Assembly: GCA_037447605.1 (NCBI GenBank)
Contig: JBBHKD010000027.1
Location: 1-23,165 of the forward strand
Reading direction: 5' to 3'
Length of the DNA stretch: 23,165 nt
Origin: Zygnema circumcarinatum SAG 698-1b
Lineage: Eukaryota > Plantae > Zygnematophyceae
Of the stretch, positions 1-9,149 are shown one piece after another (position 1 is the first letter of the stretch; the number at the start of each line of letters is the position of its first letter). The notes below the pieces were generated by a model. The model saw only the letters and a program-made list of their open reading frames with translations, made no database searches and was not told the origin of the DNA. A program made the position numbers and the translations under genes.

Positions 1-404
1 ACACAGTCTCTAAAACAGCCTACACAAGGCCTCTGCCAGACACTGTAAACTACAGAGAGTAATTCTGGGCCAAGCACTAAGCACTATAAATGCCTAAGCA
101 CTGAAGGAGCCGCAGCTCCTCATTCGGTCAGTACTCCCACCGGCTCCAATAAGCCTCCATGTCTGCCGCGCCTTGCTCGCTTCGACGCTCCGCCCTGGCT
201 CCCCGCCCTGGCCACCACCGTATTGTGCTAGCTGGCTGCCCGGCGGCCATGTCCTCCGCCCAGAGCCTGGGAGCTCGCCATCTCTGCGCTGCCTCCTTGC
301 AATTTCTGTAACCCTAATTGCCAAGTGACGGCCCCCGATTGGCTGCCCCTTCGGCCCAGCCAACCGGTGGTATACCGCACCACCCGCCATACAATAAGCG
401 TTCA

Positions 405-482
405 GTACTATTGTCCGTACATCCGTACAGTTCGTATACTTCGTCCAAATGCCACAACACTCAGCTGTACGGCTATCCGTAC
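405..482. promoter_or_regulatory. Cluster of GTAC-core / CCGTAC motifs (SBP/SPL/CRR1-type binding sites), probably intronic
   Basis: CCGTAC at 415-420, 423-428 and 477-482, GTACGG (reverse complement) at 467-472, and a further GTAC at 405-408. The motif match is direct; function is inferred. Confidence 0.3.
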
Positions 483-488
483 GCTGAC

Positions 489-565
489 AGGAGGAAGGGA
501 GGGGGAGCGACGAAGTCAGAAAGAGAGAGCGAGGGAGAAACGGAGTCAGGGAGAGAGAGCGAGGT
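489..565. repeat. GA-rich low-complexity tract with a duplicated 21-mer
   Basis: agtcagaaagagagagcgagg (514-534) and agtcagggagagagagcgagg (544-564) lie within a purine-rich run. Confidence 0.8.
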
Positions 566-768
566 AGGATGAACATAGTCAATCTTTCCAGCAGCAGTGA
601 AGGAGGCAAGATCCGATCTGTCTTCTTTGACAAAGCATTGAATATTGCTCAAGCTGAATGTAAAGCATATCGGAATCGGCGGCAACCTCTGCAGAGCTAG
701 AGAAAGGCAGCATATTCAGACACTCAATTCAAGTACAGTAAGATAAGATATGCATATTAACGGCTCAC

Positions 769-897
769 CCGATGTGGTATCCGAATGAAAGATTGGAGGT
801 CACTCCAATGAGTACATGCGGCAACGCCGCAAGCCAACCAGGAGCCTTCTTCTTCTCCAATAAGACGCCGCTTTCGATCAACGGCACGTTCATCTTG
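769..897 (-). CDS. Coding exon of an MFS sugar transporter, plastidic glucose transporter (pGlcT/SGB1/At1g05030-like) family, N-terminus/TM1
   Basis: The minus strand reads (K)MNVPLIESGVLLEKKKAPGWLAALPHVLIGVTSNLSFGYHIG. The LPHV...FGYH(I/L)G signature matches the first TM of the pGlcT family (recalled, not searched). The exon ends GG|GTGAGC (donor at 768) and is preceded by a (CT)n tract and CCAG (acceptor at 899-898). In-frame ATG at 893-891. The next exon (expected V.NG..) was not found in 1-768. Confidence 0.72.
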
Positions 898-900
898 CTG

Positions 901-982
901 GAGGGGGAGAGAGAGCGAGAGAGAGAGAGAGGGAGAGAGAGAGAGATAGAGAGAGAGAGAGGGGGGAGAGTGAGGGAGAGAG
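901..982. repeat. (GA)n/(CT)n microsatellite; polypyrimidine tract or 5'UTR on the minus strand upstream of the transporter exon
   Basis: Near-pure GA dinucleotide run immediately 5' (on the - strand) of the CCAG acceptor. Confidence 0.9.
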
Positions 983-1639
983 GTGGGGTTTGTACGTCCT
1001 GCGCGATGCCGGCCACACAAGAGGCTTCTTTGCGTCAGCGATTCTGAAAGAAAGCGAATGAAACAATCATGCTTCAGCGCAGAAGCGATCTATGACCACA
1101 GATAAACACAGATGGAGAACAACAGGAGGTAAAGGAAGGGAAGGATTCAAATTTGAAGACTTCTTAACCAACTCTTCCTCGTATTCCAGCGTACAATATT
1201 TCGATGGATTGCCGATTTTCTGGTCAGAAAATGAGTAACCAGCTCAGAATCCAGAGTATGGCGGCAGACGCAGAGCAGCAGTAGCAGCACAAGCAGTTGT
1301 CAGTCAGAAGTTAGATAGTTAGTCAGTTAGCAGCTTTGCTTCCAAAGCAAAAGCAAAAGAAAGCAACAAACGCAAACGGAAGAGCAAAAGCAAAAGCAAA
1401 AGCCTATTTCATTGTTCTTATATGAATCTGTCGACACTTTTCCTCTACCTGCGAAAAACTAAAAGCTTTCAAATCCTGCAATGAAAGCTGCTTCAGGCCT
1501 GCACGCGACCAGCGGACATGCAGGAGGCGAAGCAGTGCTGATAGGGACTACATGTTGCCAAGAGTTTCAGTTTCCGTTACTGTAACTACAAACGGAATGA
1601 TCGCATGCATAGAGCGGTAAGTCAATCCCATACGATGGC

Positions 1640-2020
1640 CGACAATGAACATGGCCTATGTCATGTTGTTGTTGGACACTGACCATGTCTAAATAAAGCT
1701 ATACCGTGCTGTCTAATGTTAATCATTAACGACAAGAACAATGGGCATGGACGACATGACTGCACCATATTGTGCCATTGCATTGGCCAACAATGAGCAT
1801 GTTCTACCAAATTGTTGAGTGTCAATTGTTCGATTATCGGAAGACCCAATGTCATGTTGTCTCATGTCAATGAGCAACAACGAACATGGCCCATGTCATG
1901 TTGTTCCAAGTCAGTGGCCAACATTGGAGTTGTATCCCGCGCATGTTGTCATTTGTTAAACGCCATGGCCATGCATGCATGTTGTCCATGGCCCTGACAT
2001 TGAGCAAGTTCTGAGCATGT
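1640..2020. repeat. Degenerate CATG-rich internally repeated sequence
   Basis: 24-bp direct repeat gaacatggcc(t/c)atgtcatgttgtt at 1647-1670 and 1882-1905; catgttgt recurs five times; about 18 CATG in 380 bp. Confidence 0.6.
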
Positions 2021-2029
2021 TTTGGGGAC

Positions 2030-2362
2030 GGGGGGGGGGGGGAAGAGGGGAGAACCGGGGAAAAAGAGAATGGAAAGAGAGTGAGATAGAAAGAGGGAGG
2101 AGAGCACGAGAGAGGGAGTGAGAGGAGGGGAGGGCGAGAGAGGGAGTGAGAGGAGGGGAGGGCAAGGGAGGGGGAGGGGAGAGCGACATAAGGAGTGAGA
2201 GGGGGAGGGGAGAGCGAGAGAGGGAGTGAGAGGGGGAGGGGAGAGCGAGAGAGGGAGTGAGAGGGGGAGGAGAGAGCGAGAGGAGTGAGAGGGGGAGGGA
2301 AGAGCGAGAGAGGGACTGAGAGGGGAAGGGGAGAGCAAGATAGGGAGTGAAAGGGGCAAGGG
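2030..2362. repeat. Polypurine/polypyrimidine minisatellite (~30-31 bp unit, gagagcgagagagggagtgagagggggaggg)
   Basis: About eight degenerate copies of the unit on the + strand, almost purely A/G. Confidence 0.85.
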
Positions 2363-2377
2363 CAGAACGAGTGTAAC

Positions 2378-2458
2378 AAACCCGCCTCCAGCAAGGTTTG
2401 ATCTCAGGACCTCCCCATATTCACCTAAGTGCTTTACCGTTAAAAGGCAACTGCGGAT
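2378..2458 (-). other. Degenerate tRNA-like sequence (tRNA pseudogene or tRNA-derived SINE head)
   Basis: The minus strand reads ...gttgccttttaacggtaaagcac (A-box/D-loop-like GGTAAAGCAC) ...gaggtcctgagatcaaacc (variable loop plus B-box GWTCRANNC match gatcaaacc). Stems pair poorly. It is followed on the same strand by a short body and the CT-rich minisatellite. Confidence 0.35.
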
Positions 2459-2991
2459 GTAAGTACTAGGTCATACACCCCATCTATACCGTTCGTTACA
2501 TTCCTCCCCACCTAAACCGGGCTCGTCCTCGAGCACAACACTCAAGGGTTTTCACGAGCGCGTTCAAGCTCCTTCATCACATGGCAGTATGTACGGTTCA
2601 GACCCTCTAACTATCATACACTAAAGGATGACTTGATTGAATCGGATGATCACTAAAATGGATGGACCCTCAACGGGGTCCATCCATTTATTTCAATGAA
2701 ATCGTCATTGAAAAACCCACCGTTGACAATTACTGTGAGGACAATTGAATGAATCGTTGACCTGATTCAACTTTGACTACGACCCGTCACGTCAACGTGA
2801 CGTCAGCGTCACGACGTTGACGAGCGTCATTGACGTCAGCGGTCCTGGTCCAACTTCGCTCATGAGGTGTCGCGGTGGGTTCCGACATTTAATAGGAACG
2901 GACGACTTAATAGTCCCATTCGGGACTATCAATTTCATCGATGCGGTCAAATTGTGATCGGGCTCATTATCTCTCCGTCAATGTCCATTAT

Positions 2992-3244
2992 TGTTAGTGT
3001 ATGATAGTTAGCATGTTTTGTTGGAACATTAGTTTTGTGTGTTTGTGTTGTGTGTTTCCTTGGCGGCGGTGCGCGCCTAAGTTAGTAGGCGGCGGTACGG
3101 ACATTTGGTCGGTGGAAGAGGCGCGGCGCGACGGAGTCAGAAGTGACGAGGCGCGACGCAACAAATCGAAAAGTGACGTGGCGCGGACGCGGCCGCGGAG
3201 CGAATTGAAGATGTGGCGCGACGCGCGAATCTGCGCGCGAATCA
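2992..3244 (+). repeat. Element B 5' LTR, left (U3) part; truncated by the assembly gap
   Basis: Aligns to 19593-~19845 (tgttagtgtatgatag...ttttgtgtgtttgtgttgtgtgtttccttggcggcg...gaagatgtggcgcgacgc); no PPT upstream. Confidence 0.92.
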
Positions 3245-3254
3245 NNNNNNNNNN
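3245..3254. other. Assembly gap (10 N)
   Basis: Run of N joining B LTR sequence directly to the RNase H coding end of A. Confidence 0.99.
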
Positions 3255-4951
3255 ACAACAATCATCCCCTCCTCTACTAATTCTCGCACATAATGGTATT
3301 GTACTCTAATGTGCTTTGTCCTCTTATGAAACACAGGGTTTTCAACAAGAGCTATGGACGACTGATTATCCGTGAACAAAGTCAAGGGACGTTGTGGCCT
3401 CTTACACTCATCAAAGAAATGTTGGAACCAAACTCCCTCCTTCGCTGCGTGACATGCTCCCATGTACTCGCCTTCGGTGCTAGACAACGCAACCGAATCC
3501 TGTAGCTTCGAGCTCCATGAGATCGCTCCACCTGCGTTCAGGTAAACAAATCCGGAGGTCGATCGCGATGTGTCCACGTCACCTCCCCAGTCAGAGTCGG
3601 TGTATCCGATCACTCTGTTCGGCCCTCTCTCGTAACGAAGTCCGTACTCCAGGGTCCCCCGTACGAACCGAAAGATTCGCTTTACGGCCTCCCAATGCTC
3701 AGGGCCGGGATTCTCCATGAACCGACTTGCGGCGCTCACAGCCTTCGCCAAGTCCGGTCGGGTACCAATCATTAGGTACATTAAACTTCCGATAGCAGAT
3801 CTGTACGGCACTCCGTACATGCGCTGTACCTCCGCGTCCGTCGCGGGCTCCATATCTTTCGACAATCTCGCGCCGATCTCCATCGGACTGGTGCACGGTC
3901 TGCACTCCTCCATATTGAATCTCGCTAGTACATCCGCGGCGTACTTCTTCTGACTTAGGAACAGACTTCCGTCCTGCCCCCTCTTCAGCTGTATCCCCAG
4001 GAGATACTGCGCCTCCCCTAGATCCGACATTTGGAAGTTAGCTTGCAAAAGCTTCTTCAGATCATTGATTCTCTCCAGTGAGAGACTCACCATAATGAGG
4101 TCATCCACGTAGATCCCAACGTATATGAGATCTCCCTCCTCTCCTTGTCGGTAGACGGAATGATCCGTCTCAAAGCGCGCAAATCCGTTGCTCCTCAGAA
4201 GATCGTCAATCTTCTCGTACCAGATCCTGGGTGCCTGCTTCAGTCCGTACAGACTCTTCACTAGGCGACAGACGAGATGCTCCTGCCCCGGGACAACTTT
4301 CCCTTCGGGCTGCTCCATGTAGATCTCCTCAGCGAGATCTCCGTACAGAAACGCGGTCTTGATATCTAACTGATGGACATGCATCCCCTCAGCAGCTGCG
4401 ATCGAGATTAGGGCACGGAGGGAGTTAAACTTCACCACCGGGGCGAAAGTCTCCGTGTAGTCGATTCCGTACTTCTGGCTGTAGCCCTTCGCCACCAGCC
4501 GCGCCTTGTAACGGTCGACACTCCCGTCCGCCTTTCGCTTCACCTTGAACACCCACTTGCATCCAATGGCTCTCCTTCCCTTCGGCAGCTTCTCCAGTCG
4601 CCACGTCCCGTTCTCTATCAGACTATTCCACTCGCTATCGATCGCTGCTCGCCACTTCGCTCCATCGACCCCATCGTGAGCCTCCTCGAAGGTTTGCGGC
4701 TCAGTGATCATGTAGCAGTGGGCAACTCCTGCGAGGTCAGCAGAGTCCGTAGGCACTCTCTCCTGCATCAGGTTAGTCTGCGACGGCCTGTATCGTTCAG
4801 GCCTCCTCACCACACGGGTGCTCCTCCGCGGTCCTTGCGTTCTCCCACTCCTCGAGTTGAAGAAAATTCCGGGAACAAATCCCGGAGGCATCCTTGCCCT
4901 CATCGCGTCTCTCTCGGCCATCTCCAAGTCCTCAGACTCCTGTCCGTGCAA
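3255..4951 (-). CDS. pol: Element A pol: IN-RT linker, reverse transcriptase and RNase H (copia type), uninterrupted
   Basis: Motifs AIGCKWVFKVK, RYKARLVAKG, QLDIKTAFLYG, YGLKQAPR, IYVDD; RNase H GYTDSDWGGD, SSTEGEY, TDNQSSI, HKRTKHIRVQYHYVRE. Confidence 0.96.
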
Positions 4952-5196
4952 AGGTACAGTTTCACCGAGTCTTCCCTATCCGACAGGTGAGGTAGGAGCC
5001 GCCTCCGCCGATTTCTCCTGGCTCTCGCTTGCGGTACTCGGTTCGACCGCCCTCGGCCATCGCCGTGTTGCTCCCGAAGTCAGCTCCTGCGCTCTCCGGG
5101 CGGCTGATTCTCCAAAGCCGGACCCGAGAGGCTTCAACGCCTCTCCGCTGGTCCTTCCACGTCCTCATACACACCTAATCTCAGTTTCAGCTGGTC

Positions 5197-5876
5197 TCAC
5201 CTAGCCGTGGTCACCGCCTTTCGCCCACTGTGATGTCCCTCGAGTTTGCACTTCCTCCTTCGCCATGCTGGTTCCAAACTCAGAGGTGCACTGTCCATGT
5301 TGTAGCCGAGAACATATCCTTCAACGGCTCGCGGGTCGAACTTCCTCTTCTGTCTCGCCTTCGGCACTGTCGACCAGCAGCGCGCTCCGAAAGCCTTCAG
5401 GTGGGAAACCGTGGGCTTTCTCCCACTCCACACCTCCTCAGGAACCTGATCCTTGAGCACAGAAGATGGGCATCTATTCCTAAGGTAAGCCGCGGTCATC
5501 ACCGCCTCTCCCCAGAAAGAAGCCGGGAAGGGGGAATCTATCAGCATGGTCTGCGCCATGTCCCCCAACGTCCTATTTACCCTTTCAGCAGCTCCATTAC
5601 TTTGAGGGGAGTAGGGAGCAGAGAATTCATGCCTAATTCCACGAGTCTTGGGAGGTACTCGCCGAACTCCTTCGACTTGAACTCCCCTCCGTTGTTTGAG
5701 CGCAGAGTCTTCAGTTTCTGTCTGCTCTCTCGCTCCATCTGAGTCTGCCAATCTCTGAAGGCTCCGAAAGCCTCAGACTTGTTCTTGAGAATTTTCACCC
5801 AAATTTTCCTCGAAAAATCATCGAGAAAAGTGATGAAGTACCGAGCTCCTCCACTGCCGGTGTCACGGGGCCACAA
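5197..5876 (-). pseudogene. pol: Element A integrase core (split over two frames)
   Basis: YFITFLDDFSRKIWV, LRSNNGGEF, HEFSAPYSPQSNGAAERVNRTL, FWGEAVMTAAYLRNRCP, HLKAFG; frameshift near 5650-5700. Confidence 0.9.
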
Positions 5877-5889
5877 AGGTCGGTGTGAA

Positions 5890-6927
5890 CTAACCCAGTT
5901 TCTCCCCGCATGGTACGCCCTCTCCGGCCTCGCTAATGGCTCTCATGCGCCTCCCCTCTACACACTCCTTGCAAAAGCCGAGCTCCTTCTCCACGACATC
6001 TACGTCTAACCCACGGACTAGCCCCTTAGCAGCGAGCTGTTGCAACCCCCGATGGTTAAGATGTCCAAGTCTACGATGCCAGAGATTTATGGCAGTTTCA
6101 GCCACAGCCATCACATCTTCATCCTCTGTCCTTCTATAATGAAGATAATACAGGCCTCCCTTCTCATATCCCTCAAACAGCCGCTTCCCCGTCACTGCGT
6201 GAGTAGCTACACAAAACTTCTCCTTGAACGTGATCTCGTACCCCCTCTTACACACCTGGCTAACAGACATGAAGTTCTGTTTCAGCTCGGGGGTGTGGAG
6301 TACATCACCGATACACAAACGCTCCTCCCTCTCCTCTTCGTAGATGACAGAGCCGTCTCCGAGAATCATCTTGACTACTCCACCCTCTTCGCGGGATCCG
6401 CCACTCCCTCCGCTGCCGCAGTGAACAGATCGGAAGCCTCCAGCGTCCAACGTGGGAGAACATCTCGCTTGTCGCTACACATGTGTGTGGAAGCGCCTGA
6501 GTCGATCAACCAGGGCCGCTTCAGGACCTGAACCTGGACCTTCCCAAAAAAGTCAGAACCTCCGGGCCTTCCAGCCATCATCGGATTGGTTTCATTCGAC
6601 CCCCTCCATTCGGTGCCTTTGTGCCCCCGCTCTTTGCACTTGAAGCAGATCCCCTGGAAGCCTTTCTTCTCCCTCTGCCGCACGCGCCGGCGCGCTCCTC
6701 CTCCCTCGAATCTGGGGACTCTTGTTCTTGTAGCAGTCTGCCGAGTAGTGGCCAGTCTTGCCACACGTGTAGCACGCTCCCGCAGGGCGTTCTCCTCGGT
6801 CCGACTTCGGCGCACCTCCTCTTCGGTCTTGTCGTGAGTGCAGCGCTAGCACCTTCTCCTCGGTGCTCCCGGTGTCTTGGACGGTGTCCTCCTCCTTGAT
6901 CCTCCGCTTCACTTTACCAAGGGTCAT
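5890..6927 (-). pseudogene. gag-pol: Element A Gag zinc knuckles, aspartic protease and GAG-pre-integrase region (frameshifted)
   Basis: CYTCGKTGHYSADC and CFKCKERGHKGTE(W); protease WLIDSGASTHMC; GGLYYL...LWHRRLGHLN...CKECVEG. Confidence 0.9.
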
Positions 6928-6929
6928 TT

Positions 6930-7569
6930 TCGAAGTTCATAGACAGTCCAAGCTACCGCGACTGCTAAGACAAATCTTGAGGTCAATNCCCCTAAGAACT
7001 GGCTGATCTTATGGTCACTCTCTAACGGTTTCTGTAGAGCTATGAACCTCTCCATCAAGGTATCAAACCTGACCATATTCACTCAGTTTCTCATCCGTCA
7101 TCTTCATCTTCCTGCCGCGTGTAGCACTCACCATCGTGACGCTATCCTTACATCATACATCTTCTGGGCACCTCCACATAGCATGTGAGGTCTTGAGATC
7201 ATACAGTATGGATCGAAGCTGACTTCCCTCACACTTCGGCGACGATTCAGGAGCGCGAGTTGTTCTGGCATTTCATCTGGCGCAGCGCCACTTCGTGTTC
7301 CGATCGCTGTTCGCGGGCTCTCCGCAGCACCGTGCCTTGATGGTGCCGCTGACGCATCTCAACAGTCCTTTGCTCCACGAGCAAAGGAATAGCTGCTATC
7401 TCCACCCTTGTAGTCTTGACCGCTTCACGCGAATGTTGAACTTCACGTGGTCCTCGTCGCCACCATTGGCTCTGATACCACTTGTTGGAGCCTGGATCTG
7501 CTCGCTGCTCCCGGCGCCACCTCGCGTGTCGCCCTCCATTGGAACTCCGGTTCCCACCGATGAAGACAT
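6930..7569 (-). pseudogene. gag: Element A Gag N-terminus (starts inside the LTR) and capsid/UBN2-like region, frameshifted
   Basis: ATG at 7569; MSSSVGTGVPMEGDTRGGAGSSEQIQAPT-SGIRANGGDEDHVKF is in frame across the LTR end and PBS. Downstream sequence is homologous to B 9150-9450 but garbled. Confidence 0.75.
7469..7480 (-). promoter_or_regulatory. Primer-binding site of A, complementary to the 3' end of plant initiator tRNA-Met
   Basis: The - strand reads TGGTATCAGAGC, 2 nt (AG) after the LTR-terminal CA. Confidence 0.95.
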
Positions 7570-8429
7570 CTTCACTCTCTTCACTTAGCCCACTCCATAA
7601 CTCACGTGCACGAACGAGACGAAAGCACAGCGAAATCACAATGGTTTCGAGATATAGAAAGCCAAACTTAAAACTCCTTTTTATAATAAGAATGTCACCA
7701 TGAAGTTCTCCCTCTTCACTAGCTACTTCCCCTTACTCACTACCTTGGCGCATACAAGCAGGGCAGCCCAAAGAACACGAAAGCAAAATGCAATAAGTCA
7801 CGGACTACGTAGTTCAATGTGGTTATCCTCATAACAAAGCTAAAACCCCTATATACCGCCATAGCCGTGTTACGTGACATCTTCCTTGTTGACTGATAAC
7901 ACGTCACGGCCGCCCTCATGCGCTCAGCGTACTGGCACGCTGCTCAACATCCAGCTTTAGTGTCTTTCGGTGGAAACCTTACTGGAAGCACTGCATCTAG
8001 TCAGGTCAGTTCAGACAGTTCCTACTACCATCTGAACTTGCTCATCCGCTCGAGCGCAGAACTCTCGCCTGGGTCCAGACGCTGCCCACAAGGCTGATAA
8101 ATTGCTCACAAGACTGCATATTACTCTCATACGTCCATGATGAAATCTCCGCCATCGCGATTACTGCTCACACTTGTATCGCTGGGTGGCTGCTGACCTC
8201 GTCTCCCTCCGTAGTTGACTCATTACAGTCCAAGGATCAAGACTAAGGGTCCGACGCTGTTCACGACATCGGCACCTCCGGGCGCTCGAAGCGTACGGGC
8301 CAATCGCTATTTGGCCCGACCGTATTTCTTAGGAACACTACTAGCAGATCTCATGTTTCCCAACTGAGGACCACAACAATGTTAGTGTGAACCCGTACAA
8401 TGTCTAACTATAGCACACTAACACTAACA
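7483..8429 (-). repeat. Element A 5' LTR (947 bp)
   Basis: Sense starts TGTTAGTGTTAGTGTG and ends CTCCAACA. TATA-like TATATAG near 7848-7854 (-) and the conserved AAGGAGTTTTA block near 7668-7679. Both ends are homologous to the C LTRs. Confidence 0.92.
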
Positions 8430-8859
8430 GTAGTGTCACGGATGTTGTGACATAGTATATAGTGTGTTGTTTTGTTTGGTTGTTAATCTTTAACTTCTGA
8501 TTATCAACGTAGCTATTGTAGACTCGGAGAAGCCGATGCTCGTGTTGCCAACATTACACTCTGCTTGTGCCATGCAGGTAGTGGGCTTTTGAGTTTATTG
8601 GGCTATTTGAGAGGGTCTCATTTTGTGTTGATAAGATTACATAAGGAGTTTTTAGAGTCGGTGAGCTATCCTTTCTCTATTATTCCAAGGCCGCGTTGGC
8701 TGAGGCCTCGAGTGTCTACTCGCGGAGTAAAATGGGCTATGAGTGAATGTGAGAGTTTGGGAAATGTCATCATCGCATTGGAACGCTAACTCCGGCGGTG
8801 GAAGGTGATGCGAGTGGAGAAGCTCTGGGCAGCCAGCGGGAGGAGTCCTCGCACTAACA
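8430..8859 (+). repeat. Element B 5' LTR, right part (U3 end, R, U5)
   Basis: Aligns with 20195-20620; ends gcactaaca and is followed by AG plus a degenerate PBS (tggtaatttgtgc, 8862-8874). Confidence 0.92.
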
Positions 8860-9149
8860 AGTGGTAATTTGTGCCTGCGGAGACTGGAGGACCACGCTAA
8901 GTTCGTAAAGATATCGGGCGCTCGGCGCAAGGTGATTACAAAGCGCGGAGATGGAGGTTTGTGCTCTTGCTGTGGCAAAGGGTTGCTTGGGTAATGCTGG
9001 ATGGCAAAGATCAAGGCGCCGGAGTTACCGGCTGGGAGCCTCGAGCAGCTAGCCGGAGCACCCACGCGGCGCCGCACGCATGGAAGGCCAAGGACAACAA
9101 AGCCCCTCGACGCGTATTGTTATGAGCCGTAAGAGGAAGTCCATCCTCT

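Larger units (their letters stand above)
3255..8429 (-). mobile_element. Ty1/copia LTR retrotransposon A, inserted antisense into the 5' LTR of B; its 3' LTR is lost in the gap
   Basis: 5' LTR 7483-8429 (TG...CA), PBS 7469-7480, and gag/PR/IN/RT/RNH on the - strand. B LTR sequence resumes at 8430 (gtagtgtcacgg), matching 20195 onward. Confidence 0.93.

Noticed and set aside
94-685. ORFs 94-633, 318-572, 325-567 and 473-685 as genes or as the next transporter exon
   Set aside because: Low-complexity content, and no frame after the candidate acceptors near 690-700 gives the expected V.NG.. continuation. The region is treated as intron.
1867-2394. S/P/L-rich ORFs on the minus strand
   Set aside because: They come from the CT-rich minisatellite and show no domain signal.
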